A stretch of 64,000 nt of DNA, from the NCBI RefSeq assembly GCF_902713615.1, contig NC_052160.1, positions 41,419,440 through 41,483,439 on the forward strand, written 5' to 3'. Under the pieces are notes generated by a model. That model did no database searches. It had not been told where the DNA came from and worked only from the letters and a program-made list of their open reading frames with translations. Source of the stretch: Scyliorhinus canicula (taxonomy: Eukaryota). The stretch's first letter is position 1. The number at the start of each line of letters is the position of its first letter. The position numbers and the translations under genes are program-made. Positions 59,814 through 64,000 of the stretch are shown one piece after another.

Positions 59814-60667
59814 ACCTGGGGTGGCCACATCCCGATTCCAAAATGGATACTCGCAAAGAGTGCAGGGAAAAATGGACAGCACTAGAGAAACAAGCAGGTG
59901 CAAGGTTTCCTGTGTATTAGGACTTGCAGAACCTAGACAGAACTGAAACTACTAGCCATTAGCATAGTAATGAGCTATCTCCGGGGACAAAAAGAAACAT
60001 TGAAACAATCGGTGCCAGGACAGACTTCCCGGCGCCAGTGGAAGCTAAAACAAAGGCAGGCCAACGGCCACCTAGGGCCCGCCCAACGATCAGGGAACAA
60101 CTCCGGTATTGGAGAAAATCAATACGAACGATTGGGTCATGGTCCAATTAATTGGGACCAAGTCCGGGGTCCGCCCAGAAGGGCGCGAAACCCCTTGGGG
60201 TATAAAGCAGAGTCCCCAAGGTCAGCTCGCTCTCTTGGAAGCTCTTGGAAGATCTCTTACTCCTCTTCACCTTCACCTTGGCATTTGGTTCTCAAGCACC
60301 AACCAAGTAAGTCTAAGGTCAACGCACGCTACGAGATAGACGCTCCTAGCTACTATCCCATACCAGTTTGAAGCCAGCAGTATCAGAACCGGACAACGGC
60401 TATTGTTCCTCTGACTGAGTGGGCCACTCGAAGCTAAGTATAGGCTTTAGTAGTAGTTGTTGTTTAGCGAGTAAAGTTTATGCATGAGTAATAATTGACT
60501 GTGTGTGTAAATAAATGTGTATTGATTTCAAACTTACTAACTGGTGTATCGAGTCATTGATCAGTACTTGGCTTTGAACCCTCTGGTGGTATCAGAAAGA
60601 TATCTGGCGACTCTTGAGCACAGGTAATTAAAACAGAGCAAATTAAGGGAAAGCATAACGAGCAACA
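59814..60667 (+). mobile_element. LTR (probably solo), 5' end lost in the N gap
   Basis: TATAAA at 60201, AATAAA at 60510, ends ...AACA; complex sequence embedded in the satellite. Confidence 0.7.
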
Positions 60668-61369
60668 GTATATATGTGATTGTGTGTATATATGTGATGG
60701 AGTGTGTGTATATATGTGATTGAGCGTGTGTATATATGTGATTGTGTGTGTGTATGTGATTGTGTGTGTATATGTGATTGTGTGTGTATATATGTGNNNN
60801 NNNNNNNNNNNNNNNNNNNNNNNNNNNNNNNNNNNNNNNNNNNNNNNNNNNNNNNNNNNNNNNNNNNNNNNNNNNNNNNNNNNNNNNNNNNNNNNNNNNN
60901 NNNNNNNNNNNNNNNNNNNNNNNNNNNNNNANNNNNNNNNNNNNNNNNNNNNNNNNNNNNNNNNNNNNNNNNNNNNNNNNNNNNNNNNNNNNNNNNNNNN
61001 NNNNNNNNNNNNNNNNNNNNNNNNNNNNNNNNNNNNNNNNNNNNNNNNNNNNNNNNNNNNNNNNNNNNNNNNNNNNNNNNNNATATGTGATTGTGTGTAT
61101 AGATGTGACTGAGTGTGTATATCTGTGATTGTGTGTGTGTATATATGTGATTGTGTGTGTATATGTGATTGTGTGTGTGTATGTGATTGTGTGTGTGTAT
61201 ATATGTGATTGTGTGTACGTGAGTGTGTGTGTGTACGTGAGTGTGTGTGTGTATGTGATTGTGTGTGTGTGTGTATGTGATTGTGTGTGTGTGTATGTGA
61301 TTGTGTGTGTGTGTATATATGTGATTGTGTGTGTGTGTATATGTGATTGCGTGTGTGAGTGTGTGTATC

Positions 61370-61511
61370 AGTAGCTGGCCCGGCTATTTGATCTGGATGA
61401 CTTGCTGACGAGGTCAGTTTAATGATCCAGATTTGGTTGGATTTGTTCGGTTTGAGTGCCGGCCTCGATCCTCTGTTAGCTCCACACACTCGAGCAGATC
61501 AGAAGGTAAGG
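61370..61511 (+). promoter_or_regulatory. Putative SCNN1B non-coding first exon / promoter
   Basis: Unique, CpG-containing sequence after the TG satellite, ending in consensus donor AAG|GTAAGG at 61505/61506. The SCNN1B ATG exon begins at an acceptor. Confidence 0.4.
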
Positions 61512-62592
61512 CTGACCTTTCGCCACCTCTCCTATGTTCTGTCTCTCTGCTGAGTGCGAATTGCTGTCAGTCTCTGTCGCAGACTAAAGTTTTGCCTTAT
61601 CTCGGACCTGCTTGTTTTTGCCTCGTATTTTGGGTAAAGTTTTAAGGTGAATAATTTACCGGAGAGCTTTTCTATGTTTCTGGCGGTGACTACCTAATTA
61701 ACGCTGGACCAGTCTCGGTAAAACACAGAGATGTCTTCAACTGGAGTCAAGCAAAACTGTCAGATCCAAATTCTAGAAAATGGACCGTGATTATTATTTG
61801 GTCCAGAAACTTCTGTCAAAATCCAAAAACACACAATAGCTGCTAATAGTTTCACCGCTACTGCGTTTCTAAACGCTGCTTAATTTGCATGATTAATTAA
61901 CTTTTTCACAAAAATGTCAAATATATAGCTGCTCAGATTTGAAGTTTAAAAAATGTAATTATATCGGGAGAATGTCTTTACATGTGAGATGTATTTTATG
62001 TCTCGATATTTATAATATTCTTAAAATATTAAACACTCAGGTTTTTCTCTGAGGTGGATCAGTTACCGGATGTGTGTGTCTCTCGGCCGGATTCCTGTGT
62101 GGAAAATCCAGGGGCTCCCCCTCAGCCTCGGTTAGCGCCCCTACAGCGGGCACAGCTTGCTGCGAGTCCCCGGGGAGGAGGGCGATTGGCCGGAGTTCTG
62201 AGATTATCCTAAAGTGAACACACTGTCCCGCTTTTGGTTTCTGAACTAACGGGATTCAAGGAGCCGAGAGATTAATAAAGGAGCCCCAGCCGATTTCAAA
62301 CTTGCACACAAATCAACCTGTCAAAGGCAGACACCCATTACAACTGAAGGTAATTCCAATTTGGGTAAATACTAACAACACAGCCATGCTGGCACTCCAC
62401 ACTCGGGCAAGGGAAGGGGGCGAGGGGCCGAAGGGCTGGGAGAGCGGGGATGAGGTTCATACTGAATCGAGGAGAGAGCTCTTTCTCTGGGTTGGGAATC
62501 AGTGAGAAATAAACCAAACCCAATGTAAAATTACCACAACGAGTGGCGAATCGGAGCAATTTCTTTACAGAGGCTTGTTCCAAATGTTTCAG

Positions 62593-63080
62593 ATTGATAC
62601 AGGACGATGGGGAGAGTGGGGCAATGGGATTAGTTTGGGATTGATACAGGGCGATGGGGAGAGTGGGGCAGTGGGATTAGTTTGGGATTGATACAGGGCG
62701 ATGGGGAGAGTGTGGGGCAGTGGGATAAATTTGGGATTAATACAGGGCGAGGGGCAGAGTGTGGGGCAGTGGGATTAGTTTGGGATTGATACAGGGCGAG
62801 GGGGAGAGTGTGGGGCAGTGGGATAAGTTTGGGATTAATACAGGGCGAGGGGCAGAGTGTGGGGCAGTGGGATTAGTTTGGGATTGATACAGGGCGAGGG
62901 GGAGAGTGTGGGGCAGTGGGATAAATTTGGGATTGAAACAGGACGATGGAGAGTGTGGGGCAGTGGGATTAGTTTGGGATTGATACAGGGCGATGGAGAG
63001 AGTGTGGGGCAGAGGAATTGGTTTGGGATTGATACAGGGCGAGGGGCAGGGTGTGTAGGGCAGTGGGATTAGTTTGGGAA
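62593..63080. repeat. ~48-49-bp G-rich minisatellite (GGGATTGATACAGGGCGAGGGGGAGAGTGTGGGGCAGTGGGATTAGTTT)n, ~10 copies
   Basis: Visible periodicity with alternating variants. Confidence 0.9.
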
Positions 63081-63278
63081 TATCAATTAGGACTATGTGC
63101 TCAAATCTTTTAAACACAAGCTCTATCCTGATGGTGAGGTAATTGTGCTACATTGAGCCACGACTGACTCATGAGGAGGTTACTGGCTGGAATGATTTCA
63201 GTGAAAGTATTTAAAGTGAAGCATTGGAACTGTGATAAAGTGCTGTCCGAGCTGATCTTTCTTTCTGTGCCCAGCAGG

Positions 63279-63598
63279 ATGGTTTGTAAGAAGGTACAGC
63301 AATATTTCATCCGTGCTCTGCATCGGCTACAGAAAGGACCAGGTTACACCTACACTGAGCTCCTGGTTTGGTATTGTGAGAACACTAACACACACGGACC
63401 CAAGCGCATTGTAACTGAGGGGCCCAAGAAGCGGATGGTGTGGTTCATTCTGACTCTGGTGTTCACAGGGCTGGTGTGTTGGCAGTGGGGGATCCTGATC
63501 CAGAGCTACCTGGCCTGGGAAGTCAGTATGAACCTGCGGACTGGCTTCAGGGCAATGAACTTCCCTGCTGTCACCATCTGCAATACGAATCCTTTCAG
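63279..63598 (+). CDS. SCNN1B: Epithelial sodium channel beta subunit, first coding exon (intact; gene continues beyond the window)
   Basis: [60 protein letters not shown]...[12 protein letters not shown]; the [12 protein letters not shown] motif is beta-specific. Pyrimidine tract plus CAGCAG acceptor just before the ATG; donor GTAAAG at 63599. Confidence 0.96.
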
Positions 63599-64000
63599 GT
63601 AAAGCTGTGCCATTGACATATTTCACTTGAAGGATTTCCCCCTGCACCCACCCCTCCCTCCCTCATGAAAGGCTCAGAAATGTGGAGCTTTAACCTCTGA
63701 CAGGGAGAGTCACCTGTCTGAAGGGGGCACAAGGAATTTCAAACTAGGCAGTTTCCTAATCCTGAAAGTCTTACACAGTGCATGGCTGATTTTGTGATTG
63801 GCGCTCCCACCAGAAGTACAAGATGGGAAGGCGCTAACCAGAGCAAGGCAAACAGTTTCCAGTGCCATCTCCCACCCGGTGTTCAGAGAGCTGATTTCAG
63901 CACACTGGCAGTGATTGGCTTTGCCAATGGGCTCAGTGGCCAGGGAGCGGAATTGGGCAAGATTACTGTTTCCTGATCATGATCCATCGACTCTCAATCC

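Larger units (their letters stand above)
56450..61368. repeat. Long TG/TA-rich low-complexity satellite (TATATGTGATTGTGTGTG-like) with embedded retro-insertions and two N gaps
   Basis: Directly visible; the His/Thr-rich ORFs are artefacts of it. Confidence 0.95.

Noticed and set aside
57560-61489. His/Thr-rich ORFs
   Set aside because: TG/TA satellite translation, partly running through N gaps.
63171-63278. N-terminal extension of SCNN1B suggested by the ORF track
   Set aside because: A pyrimidine tract and CAGCAG acceptor lie just before the ATG at 63279, and homology starts there. The tandem acceptor affects only the 5'UTR.

Overview
Vertebrate genomic DNA, almost certainly from an elasmobranch (shark; a catshark is my inference from the V-SINE/HE1-type and DeuSINE-type repeats). 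It holds the epithelial sodium channel gamma-subunit gene SCNN1G on the + strand (12 coding exons, 14824-46280, about 650 aa once reading frames are repaired). About 17 kb downstream, head-to-tail as in mammals, lies the intact first coding exon of SCNN1B (63279-63598). The main anomaly is that SCNN1G coding exons 1-4 carry about 9 single- or double-base indels, all in short homopolymer runs, that create in-frame stops, while exons 5-12 are completely clean. This is either unpolished consensus error or 5'-restricted pseudogenisation. The rest is repeat-dense: many tRNA-derived SINEs with shuffled head/core/tail modules, CR1-, L2/CR1-clade and L1-like LINE fragments, a tRNA-headed LINE with internally deleted short derivatives, PIF/Harbinger transposase relics and MITEs, solo LTRs, several minisatellites (two visibly born inside DeuSINEs), a SINE-mediated 2.16-kb tandem duplication of the probable SCNN1G poly(A) region, and three N gaps. 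Exon coordinates were read by hand; repeat boundaries are approximate.
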